Origin: an uncultured virus (IMG/VR IMGVR_UViG_3300034157_000062)
Taxonomy: Duplodnaviria > Heunggongvirae > Uroviricota > Caudoviricetes
DNA length: 64,000 nt
Virus record (IMG/VR): IMGVR_UViG_3300034157_000062
Strand: one strand, 5' to 3'
The notes under the pieces are model-generated. The model did no database searches. It had not been told where the DNA came from and worked only from the letters and a program-made list of their open reading frames with translations. Positions 19,457 through 29,513 of this stretch are shown here, piece by piece. The position numbers and the translations under genes are program-made. Position 1 is the stretch's first letter; each line of letters begins with the position of its first letter.

Positions 19457-20167
19457 ATGTTAAATAAAATTAGTATACCGAGTTTCTACCTGTATAATTA
19501 TCACTCTCTCAATATTGTAGCGTGTTTACTTGTGATTGCTTTCAGGTTTATTGTGGGTGATAACTATTTTTCATCAATGCCCTACATTGATAGTTTTATC
19601 CATTATTCATTAATAGTAATGATTGTTATCAATACAGTGATGCTCATTAAATCATTTATGATGAAAACTTACACAAGTATTAATGAGACACCAAAAGATA
19701 CTTATCTCATTATGGCTTTTATTATCCTTATGTCTTTTAAGTCATGTATAATGATGCTTACATTATTTAGTTGGATTATTAATTTTAAAAATGATTATAT
19801 GAATGGAACAATTGATGTTATAATAGGTTGTTTTTTTATCATGTATTTTATTTTATATCTATTCTTTTTATATTTTGGATTCCTAGGTATTAGAACTAGA
19901 ATTAAACACGTTAAGATTAATAATCACTGGGTCTTTCAGTATTTGAGTGACAAACAAATCAGAAGTGTTAAAACTTATCAGGAAGAAGGTAAAGTGATCG
20001 GCCTTTACTTTAAAGGCTTCTTTATGGATGAAGATAAGAATAGCTTAGTCATTAAAGATAAAAAAATAACACTCAGCGATTTTAAAATGTATATTAAAGA
20101 AAAAGATTGTAAAATTGATGACTTGACCCAAGAAGATATTGCAATCATGGAAATGTTAAGTATTTAA
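19457..20167 (+). CDS. Family C 4-TM membrane protein; C-terminal MxxI tag
   Basis: HWV..YLSDKQ; ends DDLTQEDIAIMEMLSI. Confidence 0.78.
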   Translation: MLNKISIPSFYLYNYHSLNIVACLLVIAFRFIVGDNYFSSMPYIDSFIHYSLIVMIVINTVMLIKSFMMKTYTSINETPKDTYLIMAFIILMSFKSCIMMLTLFSWIINFKNDYMNGTIDVIIGCFFIMYFILYLFFLYFGFLGIRTRIKHVKINNHWVFQYLSDKQIRSVKTYQEEGKVIGLYFKGFFMDEDKNSLVIKDKKITLSDFKMYIKEKDCKIDDLTQEDIAIMEMLSI

Positions 20168-20198
20168 ATGTGTCATAATAATTTATTGGAGATATTAA

Positions 20199-21437
20199 AT
20201 GAAGGATATTGTAGACAGGTTAGAAAAAAGAACAAAATATTTGTGGCGTGCTGCTTTCTTTGGATCTGCACTATTCTTTCGTATTACCTTTGAAGGTGAT
20301 TATAAAGAATATCTTACTTGGTCAGTTTTTTTTGTGTTTTTTGTTATTGACCATTTGATAGGCTATGCTATTAGATGGATGTATAAAATAGAACCATCCG
20401 CTATTATTGATATTGTAAAATCAATGGGAATTACAGGAATACATAAAGGTATTGATACTTATGGATACAGTGAAGATTACATTAGGTCATACTGGTTTTT
20501 CCCAGAAGAGTCGAAAGCGTACACTTATTATAAGCGTGATCGATATGGTTTTAACACTCCTGATGACTATAAATTTATGTATATTTCTTTATATGACAAG
20601 AAAAAAAGAAATAATGATAAAATTGAAGTCTATAAAATGTTGACCCGAAGCCGATACATAAAGAAGACAACAGACAATTTAAAAACAATGGAACTTAGTA
20701 TTAAATTAGAGCTATCATACATCAATGATCAATTTGTCTTAAAAAATCATTACAATAGGGATGATGTTGCGTCTTTGCATGTTGATGAAGCCTTTTCCTA
20801 TTTTCATAAATTTGTAGAAGATATTAAAGTATTATTTGACCCAGATGATTTTTACCATTTTATGAAAGATAGCTCTTTTGAACTTGAAATTTCAACTAAA
20901 ATAAAAAGAAATTTACTAGTCAGCTCAAAGACAGATGGCATTAAAAAATATCGTTTAAATGTCAAATGGGCTGATAATATAGGATCTCTGAAACTAGGTA
21001 AATTTAGATGGTGTTTTAAAGATGGTTCCGCAATAGAATTTCATGATTACAGTGAACTTATTTCCGATTACAAAAAGAAAAATAAACCGTTACCTGAATG
21101 GCTTGTCATCGAAAAATACTACGTTTCAATAATGTTTAATAGACTTATAAGCATATATAGTGATAAATTAGATGAATACGCCGTATACAGTGATTCAGAA
21201 GTTGTTGAGAAATGGAAGAAAATAGTGATTAAAGAAAAATTAAAAATGAAAAAACGAATAGAGGTTCTTAAAAATAAAGTAAAACAACGAACCTATAAAA
21301 AGGTTAAACCAGAAGATATTAAATTTTGGGAAAATCGATCATTAAAAAAGCAGTTAAATAGTACGAAAAGAATTATCAATCTCAAAAAAAAGATAAATAA
21401 AAGAACTTACAAAGTTAAAGTATCAATTAATAAATAG
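20199..21437 (+). CDS. Membrane-anchored hypothetical protein (paralog of 21440..22660)
   Basis: Two N-terminal TM segments; shared YSEDY, NDKIEVYK, LELSYIN, PDDF, LNVKW; Lys-rich tail. Confidence 0.75.
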   Translation: MKDIVDRLEKRTKYLWRAAFFGSALFFRITFEGDYKEYLTWSVFFVFFVIDHLIGYAIRWMYKIEPSAIIDIVKSMGITGIHKGIDTYGYSEDYIRSYWFFPEESKAYTYYKRDRYGFNTPDDYKFMYISLYDKKKRNNDKIEVYKMLTRSRYIKKTTDNLKTMELSIKLELSYINDQFVLKNHYNRDDVASLHVDEAFSYFHKFVEDIKVLFDPDDFYHFMKDSSFELEISTKIKRNLLVSSKTDGIKKYRLNVKWADNIGSLKLGKFRWCFKDGSAIEFHDYSELISDYKKKNKPLPEWLVIEKYYVSIMFNRLISIYSDKLDEYAVYSDSEVVEKWKKIVIKEKLKMKKRIEVLKNKVKQRTYKKVKPEDIKFWENRSLKKQLNSTKRIINLKKKINKRTYKVKVSINK

Positions 21438-21439
21438 TA

Positions 21440-22660
21440 GTGGAGTTTCGAATGATAGACATTATAGAAAAATTCAGTAAACTAGCTCGATATTCATGGC
21501 GAATAGTAGCGATACTATATCTAAATTTTAGTGATTTTAAATTGGAAGGGTGGGCTGGAATGCTTAATCTTTTCCTTTTTATTGTTGGTTGTGTTGTCAT
21601 TGATTTCTCAATTGGGTTCTTTATTCGATGGGTTTACAAGTTTAAACCAACATCATTAAAAAAGATACTTAAATCAATAAATATAGAGGGTATACAAAAT
21701 AAGATGAGTGAGTGTAGTTATAGTGAAGACTACTTACTTTCACGATGGTTCATACAGTTTTCTTCAGACGAATATAGAAGTTACATGAATGATAAAGATA
21801 GACATCCTTTTAAAAATTATAAATTTAACTATATCACACTATATAATAAGAATAATAACGATAAAATTGAAGTTTATAAAACACTTCCTAATTATAAAAC
21901 AACGTCAACGTCAAGTTTAAAAAATATGTCAATAGATGTCGTATTAGAATTGTCTTATATTAATGAGACTTTTGTTATTAAAAATGAATATCCATCTGAT
22001 CTACTAGGTTCTTTAATTACAGCAGATACCTTTTTTCAATTTGACAATTTTATAAACAATCTAAAAATTTTGTTTAATCCTGATGATTTTTCTAATTTAA
22101 TGAAAGAAAGCTCTTTTGAAATTGTAGTCAGCAACGACTTTCAAAGAAACTTAATAACGCCTAATACATACGAAGGCATTAGAAGTTATAGTTTAAATGT
22201 TAAATGGTCAACTAATATAACATTTATGAATATTTCGCAATATAAACCATGTTTTGCTTCAGGTGAAATCTTTCGTTTTGTTGACTACACACAGTATATT
22301 GCTTACTGCAAAAACAATAATATAAATATCAAACGAGAAATAAAAGAGCGTTATGTTTATTCAATGTTTGAAAAAATATTTGATCAATATGAAAGCAACA
22401 GAATTAAAAAATTAATTAATTATGAGAAATCATATGATGATGAAGATGATGAAACAGTAGTTGAATATGAAACAGAAGATAAAACACTCAATTATGAAAA
22501 TTCAGATGATATTGAATTTTTTAAAAAGACAGTTATTAAAAATAAAAATCTATTAAAAAGAAAGATTATTTTCAAAGACCATGTAAATAATAGTAAATAT
22601 ATTAATAAGTTTAAACTGATTGCATTATTCATGGCAAATAATCAAAATAAATTAAAATAA
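21440..22660 (+). CDS. Membrane-anchored hypothetical protein (paralog of 20199..21437)
   Basis: Same shared motifs; acidic patch near the C-terminus. Confidence 0.75.
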   Translation: MEFRMIDIIEKFSKLARYSWRIVAILYLNFSDFKLEGWAGMLNLFLFIVGCVVIDFSIGFFIRWVYKFKPTSLKKILKSINIEGIQNKMSECSYSEDYLLSRWFIQFSSDEYRSYMNDKDRHPFKNYKFNYITLYNKNNNDKIEVYKTLPNYKTTSTSSLKNMSIDVVLELSYINETFVIKNEYPSDLLGSLITADTFFQFDNFINNLKILFNPDDFSNLMKESSFEIVVSNDFQRNLITPNTYEGIRSYSLNVKWSTNITFMNISQYKPCFASGEIFRFVDYTQYIAYCKNNNINIKREIKERYVYSMFEKIFDQYESNRIKKLINYEKSYDDEDDETVVEYETEDKTLNYENSDDIEFFKKTVIKNKNLLKRKIIFKDHVNNSKYINKFKLIALFMANNQNKLK

Positions 22661-22687
22661 CATATAATAAAACCGCATCTAAGCGGT

Positions 22688-23593
22688 TTATTTCTTTTTC
22701 TTGTGTATGAAATGATCAATTGAGTTGCCATAACCCATGTGTTCTAATATATCAGGACATAAGAATGGAAGCACAAAACCCTCAACAGTATGCATTAATG
22801 CTGTTCTGATTACTTTGAAATCCTTTTTTAGCCGCTCACTCGCTAAATGAAAATATTGACCATCTTTTTCCAAAATATAGAGGATAATGTCTTTGTTGTC
22901 TCGGGCTTCATCAGACATGTAATACACTGCAGCACACTCATTCTTAATAGCTGATTTTACAATTTTCTTGTCACTTTTAAGTCTTAACGAGGCGAACTCT
23001 AAGGCTTTACCATCATTTTTAACAGCAGCGACTACCACTTCATAATCATCTTGTAGTTCTTTACTGGCATATTTAAGATTGGTGCCGTGACATTTGACTG
23101 TCATTAACACAACCTCACGATCATTGCGTAATCTATCTGAATAGCCTTCTAATTTAGACACTTTTAACGATAACAGTAAATTTTTGTTATCCGAATATTT
23201 TTCAGTTAAGTGTATTAAGCATTCTGGGCAGTGTTTTAATGCCATATGGACAAGTTCATCATCGTTCTTTAAGGCAGTAGATATTTTTTCAAAAATATGA
23301 CTACAACGCCCACTCGTTTTTTTCATGGCAATAAGCACCATTTCTTTATCAGCTAGAAATTTTTTGTTGGCAAATAAAATATTGTCACCATTTTTTGAGA
23401 TAGCTTTTAAAACAACGTCACGATCATTCTTTAATCGATCACTCACATCATTCAATGAAATGTAATTTTTATCAATCAATTTTAAAACATCTTCTTTAAT
23501 GTCTAAATGCAGTGAGATCTTTTTCTTGAATAGATTGAAATCAATGATTTTATCTCTCCAATCTCTGATAATGCTTTCGATACTTTCCATCAT
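22688..23593 (-). CDS. DUF4116-type helical repeat protein
   Basis: Repeats such as S(D/E)RLKNDR(D/E)VVLxA and L(K/E)(Y/F)AS. Confidence 0.75.
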   Translation of the reverse strand: MMESIESIIRDWRDKIIDFNLFKKKISLHLDIKEDVLKLIDKNYISLNDVSDRLKNDRDVVLKAISKNGDNILFANKKFLADKEMVLIAMKKTSGRCSHIFEKISTALKNDDELVHMALKHCPECLIHLTEKYSDNKNLLLSLKVSKLEGYSDRLRNDREVVLMTVKCHGTNLKYASKELQDDYEVVVAAVKNDGKALEFASLRLKSDKKIVKSAIKNECAAVYYMSDEARDNKDIILYILEKDGQYFHLASERLKKDFKVIRTALMHTVEGFVLPFLCPDILEHMGYGNSIDHFIHKKKK

Positions 23594-23685
23594 TAAATAC
23601 CTATATGATTTTTCAGTATATCAATAATGAAATATTTTATCAATATTGAAACATCAAAAAAGCCACCCGTAGGTGGCGTTTCGTC

Positions 23686-26211
23686 TTATTGTTGCTCGAC
23701 ATCATGACAATTAACACATAAGTCATCAGTGCAAAGATGTTTGAAGTAATTCCAACAACGATCACACTTCTTGAAATCATGCTTGAATAGCTCTGTATTA
23801 TCATTTTTAACCACATGCACATTACCCAGCAACAAAGATAGGACATTCTGTTCATCAAGGCTTAAAACGCTGTTTAAATGAAGTGTCATCTCATTGTTCT
23901 TTGACATCACTTTACTTGCTCGACCTTCTTCAAACAGTTTATTTGCCACATCTCTCAGTTCCAACACTGTGTCAAAACGTGTTTTATCCAATTCAACAAC
24001 AACATCATCAAGAAGCTGTTCCATAAATACAGATAATCCAGAATAGCTTTCAAGACTTCTATAATATTCTTCTGTGGAATATGGAAGATAGGTAGACAAC
24101 AATACCATTAAGTTATGCTGCAAGTGATTTAACACTGATTGTGTCAACCTTCTTCTTGGTGCATCAGGAGCTAAACAATATAATCTATCTTTGTTAGCTT
24201 CAAAATAAAGCACACTTAATTTATCACAGAAACCATACAATAAAGTTAAGGCTTCATTAAACTTGTATTCATCGCCTAGCTTTAATACAGTCTTTTTAAG
24301 ATCATTCATTTCATTCAGCACATACTTATCTAATACATCCATATCCTTTGTATTTAATGTCTTCTCTGGTGTATAGTCATACAAGTTCTGCAACATAAAT
24401 CTGTACGTGTTTCTAAACTTCTTATACATTTCAGTCGCAGCTTGTAAGGTGCTTTCAGAATAAGTCAATTCTTTATGATAGTCTTGGTTAAGACACCACA
24501 ATCTTAATACATCAGGACTGTGTTGTTTCAACAAGTCTTGTAAGGCTACATAGTTACCTAATGACTTAGAAAACTTCATCCCTTTTGAATCCACAACAAA
24601 GCCATGAGTAAACACTTGCTTGTAAGGTGCTTGATTATTTAAAGCCGTTGAAGTCAATAGAGATGATTGAAACCAGCCACGGTGTTGATCAGAACCTTCT
24701 AAATATAAATCAGATTGAGTGGTGCCGTAGTTTCTTTTCATTACGGTGGTGTGTGTCATTCCACTGTCAAACCAGACATCTAATGTTTGGGCTGAAAAAT
24801 CTTCGGTATACAAGGCAGCCAAACCTTTATTTTTCACAACATCTACCCATCCTCTATATTCAGCAAGAGCTTCTGGTGTTTTGTTTCTTGGTAGTGGAAC
24901 TCCCCATAGTCTATTTCTAGATACACACCAGCTATTACGAGTAGCCAGCATAGAGGTCAGTCTATTCTTGCCATTGCTTGGGAAGAACGTAACATCTTCG
25001 ACTTCTTCAAGAGCTTTTTCTTTTACATTAGACAGATCCATAAACCATTCTTTGGAAGCTTTTGAAAATAATGGAGACTTATGACGCCAGCAGTGTGGAT
25101 ACTCATGTTCAAGTTTAGTTAAGTTGAAAACAAGATTGTCTTCTTGCAATTTAGCCAAGACAGCCGCCGCAGAATCTTTTAAATTCATGCTTTGAAGTTC
25201 TGGACACTCTTCGGCGTCGTATTTACCATAATTATCTACATAGCTTTTAACATCCAGATTATGAGATTCACCTAAATAGAAGTCATCAAGACCAAAAGAT
25301 GGAGCCACATGCACAAGTCCAGTGCCTGAATTTTCTACGAAATCAGCTTGTAATAAAGGCACCATCTTTTTGCTGTATGGACTTTGAACAGAAAGGTTAT
25401 CCAAGTTAACGTCTTCAACATAATCGAGTTGGTTATCCACTTCATCATTTTTCAATGACACATAGAACTTGTTTCTTTCCTTACTGTAATATTTGGCATA
25501 AGTAAATCTTTTATTATACGCAACAGCTTGGTTTGCGGGTAACGTATAGGGTGTTGTTGTCCAGACCAGTAGATAAGTATCATCATTGAGTTTAAATTCA
25601 ACGGTTACGCTGTCAGATGTTTTCATTTTGTATTCAACCTCAGCTTCTGCTAATGAAGACTGGCAGTCTTTACACCAGTGAACAGGTCTGAATTTTTGAT
25701 GGAGATAATTTTTATCTAACAAACTAAGCACAGCTTCCATTTCTTCGGCTTCACGAAAGAATTCATTTGTTTTATAGGACTTATCAAAATCGGCCAACAT
25801 CCCAAACTCTTTTAACTGGGATAATTGATTGGCGACTTGTTCATTAGAGTATTGATAGCAATGATTCAAGAACTCTTGTTTATTACCTTTTCCACTGTGT
25901 AGTTTTTCAACCGCTAATTCGACAGGTAATCCATGACAGTCAAAACCATTGTTGAAAGGAGCGTAATAGCCATTGAGACGTTTAAATTTTAAGACAGTAT
26001 CTTTCAATACCTTGTTGGTGAAGTGTCCAAGATGAAGATCACCGTTCGCGTAAGGCGGGCCATCATGCAGAAGGAATAAAGGTTTTTGATTTTGTTGTTC
26101 TAAAAAGTCTTTCATTTCCTGACTGTTCCAACAATCAAGATAACTCGATTTATCAAGAAACTTCTCGTTAAGATTGAAAGTGACCTTTTTCATGTTTAGA
26201 TTGTATTTCAT
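23686..26211 (-). CDS. ileS: Isoleucine--tRNA ligase, type 1 (compact, 841 aa)
   Basis: HDGPPYANGDLHLGH, WTTTPYTLPAN, GTGLVHVAP, WCVSRNRLWG, EGSDQHRGWFQSS, KFSKSLGN, C-terminal CDRC...CVNC zinc site. Confidence 0.96.
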   Translation of the reverse strand: MKYNLNMKKVTFNLNEKFLDKSSYLDCWNSQEMKDFLEQQNQKPLFLLHDGPPYANGDLHLGHFTNKVLKDTVLKFKRLNGYYAPFNNGFDCHGLPVELAVEKLHSGKGNKQEFLNHCYQYSNEQVANQLSQLKEFGMLADFDKSYKTNEFFREAEEMEAVLSLLDKNYLHQKFRPVHWCKDCQSSLAEAEVEYKMKTSDSVTVEFKLNDDTYLLVWTTTPYTLPANQAVAYNKRFTYAKYYSKERNKFYVSLKNDEVDNQLDYVEDVNLDNLSVQSPYSKKMVPLLQADFVENSGTGLVHVAPSFGLDDFYLGESHNLDVKSYVDNYGKYDAEECPELQSMNLKDSAAAVLAKLQEDNLVFNLTKLEHEYPHCWRHKSPLFSKASKEWFMDLSNVKEKALEEVEDVTFFPSNGKNRLTSMLATRNSWCVSRNRLWGVPLPRNKTPEALAEYRGWVDVVKNKGLAALYTEDFSAQTLDVWFDSGMTHTTVMKRNYGTTQSDLYLEGSDQHRGWFQSSLLTSTALNNQAPYKQVFTHGFVVDSKGMKFSKSLGNYVALQDLLKQHSPDVLRLWCLNQDYHKELTYSESTLQAATEMYKKFRNTYRFMLQNLYDYTPEKTLNTKDMDVLDKYVLNEMNDLKKTVLKLGDEYKFNEALTLLYGFCDKLSVLYFEANKDRLYCLAPDAPRRRLTQSVLNHLQHNLMVLLSTYLPYSTEEYYRSLESYSGLSVFMEQLLDDVVVELDKTRFDTVLELRDVANKLFEEGRASKVMSKNNEMTLHLNSVLSLDEQNVLSLLLGNVHVVKNDNTELFKHDFKKCDRCWNYFKHLCTDDLCVNCHDVEQQ

Positions 26212-26255
26212 TTTGACATCTCCTAATTTGGGTAATTTAATTTATTTTCGGCAAT

Positions 26256-26289
26256 AAAAAAAGGCACTTGGTTTTGACCGAGTGCCTTT
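26256..26289 (-). terminator. Attenuator terminator in the ileS leader
   Basis: AAAGGCACTCGG-tcaaaa-CCAAGTGCCTTT followed by TTTT, 45 nt before the ileS ATG. Confidence 0.85.
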
Positions 26290-26311
26290 GAATTAACAAC
26301 AACTTATCCTG

Positions 26312-26374
26312 TTAGCTCATTGGCAACTTATGGATAATAATAATGCTGTTTACGAATGTATTTAAGGTTTTCAT
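26312..26374 (-). CDS. ileS leader peptide MKTLNTFVNSIIIIHKLPMS
   Basis: 20-aa ORF with four tandem Ile codons ATT ATT ATT ATC, between the promoter and the terminator. Confidence 0.88.
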   Translation of the reverse strand: MKTLNTFVNSIIIIHKLPMS

Positions 26375-26404
26375 GGTATATTTAATCTCTTTTAATTAAT
26401 TACA

Positions 26405-26433
26405 ATCATATAACAATTGACCCGTAAAGTCAA
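26405..26433 (-). promoter_or_regulatory. sigma70 promoter of the ileS leader
   Basis: TTGACT-17-TATGAT; overlapped by the inverted repeat AATTGAC-N7-GTCAATT. Confidence 0.75.
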
Positions 26434-26434
26434 T

Positions 26435-27427
26435 TTATATTTTAGCTGCCTTAAACAATTTAACATTGTTCTTCAAGTCTACTTTAAACTGATCCTTTAC
26501 AATATTAAAAAGCTGTCTCACTCGTTCTTTTGTCAAACCACACATTCCTGCGATTTCAGTTTGATTTTTTGAATCAAGAATATTAATCATCATTTTAAAG
26601 TGATTATTGTTAGTTCTTTCAAAGACTGTATCCACTGACAGTTGGTAGACTTGACGCAAAGCTGGTTCAATAGATTGCATAACAAATGGCTTTTGAATTT
26701 CATCTTTAATAATCTCTTTGATAACTTTTTGAGAAGAAGTCATTTTCAAGTCGAACTTGTCAAACAAAGACAGCACTTTAATTTTTTTATCCGTCAACTC
26801 GTTGTTATCTCGCTTCACTATCTCTCTTTTCAAGAATGAAAGGATGTCGAATGTAACTTCGCTGACTTCCATTGATTCATCATCAATTTCATTGTTGAAT
26901 TTATAGAGTTCAATATCATCACAGGAACGATAGAACTCTTTCAATAGTTCATACGTCAACATGTCTTCAACAATAAGATATTCATAGTCAGCTTCAACTA
27001 AAACACTACGTTTGGTTTCATCAATGTTTTCATCATGCCAACGTCTTTTTAAATCGCGTGCCCACTCTTGGAATTTTTTGTCAGTGGCATAACGTAAAGG
27101 AATCTTGGTGCTTAGATGTTCTTGAAGCATAGGGAAATAAGTATCCCAATGATCACGAGGGGATAGCACACCGGATTCAGCCAAGATTTTTTTTACTTTG
27201 TTTCGTTTTTCTTCATTTTTCTGGTTAGTTGATGAATGTGATCGAATCCAATTAATCAGTGTGACGCCATTAACTTGATAATCAGTAGGCGGAAGTTTAC
27301 CTTCCTTATTAATGAAACCTTCAGCAGCTTCATACATTTTATCCCAACGAGCATCGGGCGTTAATGCTTTATATGCTTTTATAGTTTCTTCTGTATTAAG
27401 TTCCATTAACTTATCCTCTATTATCAA
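26435..27427 (-). CDS. Putative DNA-binding protein: Trp-patterned helical repeats plus C-terminal sigma70 region-4-like HTH
   Basis: RWDKMY...F...GKLP...LINWI pattern; C-terminal QTEIAGMCGLTKERVRQL. Confidence 0.6.
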   Translation of the reverse strand: MIIEDKLMELNTEETIKAYKALTPDARWDKMYEAAEGFINKEGKLPPTDYQVNGVTLINWIRSHSSTNQKNEEKRNKVKKILAESGVLSPRDHWDTYFPMLQEHLSTKIPLRYATDKKFQEWARDLKRRWHDENIDETKRSVLVEADYEYLIVEDMLTYELLKEFYRSCDDIELYKFNNEIDDESMEVSEVTFDILSFLKREIVKRDNNELTDKKIKVLSLFDKFDLKMTSSQKVIKEIIKDEIQKPFVMQSIEPALRQVYQLSVDTVFERTNNNHFKMMINILDSKNQTEIAGMCGLTKERVRQLFNIVKDQFKVDLKNNVKLFKAAKI

Positions 27428-27606
27428 AAGTAGACCTGATTATACTACAAAAGACAATAAATGGCAATATCTCAATGAAACATTATAATAATATTGATTT
27501 TTGAGATGCACTTTTCATAAATATAAATGTTATTATATTTTAAAATGTTTGAAAGGATTATAAAGCAATGGTAAATTGTAAATATAAAACAATAGGAGAT
27601 TGTTGA

Positions 27607-29475
27607 ATGGAAGGCCACACGGCATCACTTTTGAAAAATAGGAAATTTCTACCCTTATTTTTAACCCAATTCTTTGGGGCTTTTAATGATAACGTTTTTA
27701 AAAATGCGTTAATCATGCTGATAGTGTTTAAATTACAAACAGACACCAATTTATACGTTAACTTGGCTGCAGCTTTATTCATTTTACCTTTTTTCTTATT
27801 TTCTGCCGTTGCTGGTCAGATAGCCGACAAGTATGAAAAGTCTTTCGTGATAAAGATGAATAAATTATCTGAAATTTTCATTATGGTGTTAGCTGCACTG
27901 TTTTTTTACATGAATACAATTAATGGTTTGATTGCTGTATTATTTCTAATGGGCACGCAATCAGCCTTCTTTGGTCCTTTAAAATACAGTATTTTACCAC
28001 AACACTTACATGAAAAAGAAATCATGGCAGCCAACGGTTTTATTGAGATGGGCACCTTCTTAGCTATCTTACTGGGTACCATGTTAGGTGTGGCTTTAAT
28101 TTCACAACAAAATGGTGAAGCGTTAGTTTCAGTGATTATCTTAGCAATTTCAGTTATGGGTTTTGTTACCAGTTTGTTTATACCTAAAGCTCAATCACTG
28201 AATACAGCTACTAAAATAAACTTCAATATATTTACAGCTACTTCTGATGTGTTTAAAATAATGAGGCAACAGAAAAAATCCGTAGTTATGTCAATATTTG
28301 CTGTTTCTTGGTTTTGGTTTTTAGGGGCGGTTTATCTTACGCAACTTCCACAGTTTGTAAAAAGTGAACTGGGTTATTCCGAATCCGTTGTGACACTATT
28401 CCTTGTTGTGTTCTCTATCGGTATTGGTTTAGGGTCCATGTTATGCGAACGTATCTCAAAAGACTACATTGAAGTAGGATTAGTCGCCTTTGGTTCATTT
28501 GGTATTACCTTGTTTGGTATTCTAATGTTTTTTGAAGTTCAAAGCTTCGATTCATTATCCTTGGTGGTCAACAACACGTTGCTAACGTTTGATCAATTTA
28601 AAGAAGACCCAAGAAGCATTTACCTTTGCACTTATTTATTCTGTATCGGTTTGTTTGGTGGATTTTATACAGTTCCTTTGTATGCGATGATTCAAACACG
28701 AACCATCAAAGAACACATGTCACGTATTATTGCGGCTAACAACATATTGAACTCTATCTTTATGGTTGCTTCGGCTATTGTTGCAATCATCTTGCTTAAA
28801 TTCCTAAGCATAAGTCAATTGTTCTTAGCCTTGTCTTTGTTTAACTGGGTTGTGGCGTATTACATTTACAAAACCATTCCTGAGTTTTACTTACGTTTTA
28901 TGACGTGGTTTGTCTTAACGTTCATGTATAGAATAAAGACAAACAATCTTTCACATATTCCAAGTGAAGGAGCGGCTGTTATTGCAGTGAACCATGTTAG
29001 TTTTGTGGACGCCTTAATTATCACCAGTGAAATAAAAAGACCGATGAGATTTATCATGTATTACAAAATATTTAACATTCCTGTATTGAACTGGTTGTTT
29101 AGACAAATGGGTGGTATCCCTATTGCCGGTATTAAGGAAGATCCTAAAATCTTGGAACAATGTTATGCCAAGATAAAAGAAGCCTTGGAAAACGGTGAAT
29201 TAGTGTGCATATTCCCAGAAGGTGCGATTACTCATGATGGTGAACTCAAGATGTTTAAGAGTGGTATTGAGAAAATCATTGAATCAACACCTGTTCCAGT
29301 TATTCCAGTAGCAATTAAAGGTATCTATGGCAGTATGTTTAGCCGAAAATACAAATTGAGAATGCCTCGTAAATTTTTCAGAAGAATTACGATAGAGATC
29401 GGTGAGCCTATCCCCGCAGAGAATGCTAACAGAAACGTGTTGTATGAAAAAGTAAAAGAGTTAATTGAGAAATAA
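27607..29475 (+). CDS. MFS transporter fused to PlsC-type acyltransferase (LplT/Aas-like)
   Basis: FLTQFFGAFNDN, AGQIADKYEK, FGPLKYSILP; acyltransferase motifs NHVSFVD and IFPEG. Confidence 0.92.
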   Translation: MEGHTASLLKNRKFLPLFLTQFFGAFNDNVFKNALIMLIVFKLQTDTNLYVNLAAALFILPFFLFSAVAGQIADKYEKSFVIKMNKLSEIFIMVLAALFFYMNTINGLIAVLFLMGTQSAFFGPLKYSILPQHLHEKEIMAANGFIEMGTFLAILLGTMLGVALISQQNGEALVSVIILAISVMGFVTSLFIPKAQSLNTATKINFNIFTATSDVFKIMRQQKKSVVMSIFAVSWFWFLGAVYLTQLPQFVKSELGYSESVVTLFLVVFSIGIGLGSMLCERISKDYIEVGLVAFGSFGITLFGILMFFEVQSFDSLSLVVNNTLLTFDQFKEDPRSIYLCTYLFCIGLFGGFYTVPLYAMIQTRTIKEHMSRIIAANNILNSIFMVASAIVAIILLKFLSISQLFLALSLFNWVVAYYIYKTIPEFYLRFMTWFVLTFMYRIKTNNLSHIPSEGAAVIAVNHVSFVDALIITSEIKRPMRFIMYYKIFNIPVLNWLFRQMGGIPIAGIKEDPKILEQCYAKIKEALENGELVCIFPEGAITHDGELKMFKSGIEKIIESTPVPVIPVAIKGIYGSMFSRKYKLRMPRKFFRRITIEIGEPIPAENANRNVLYEKVKELIEK

Positions 29476-29513
29476 AAAAAAGAACCTTCGGGTTCTTTTT
29501 TGTAATCTTAATT

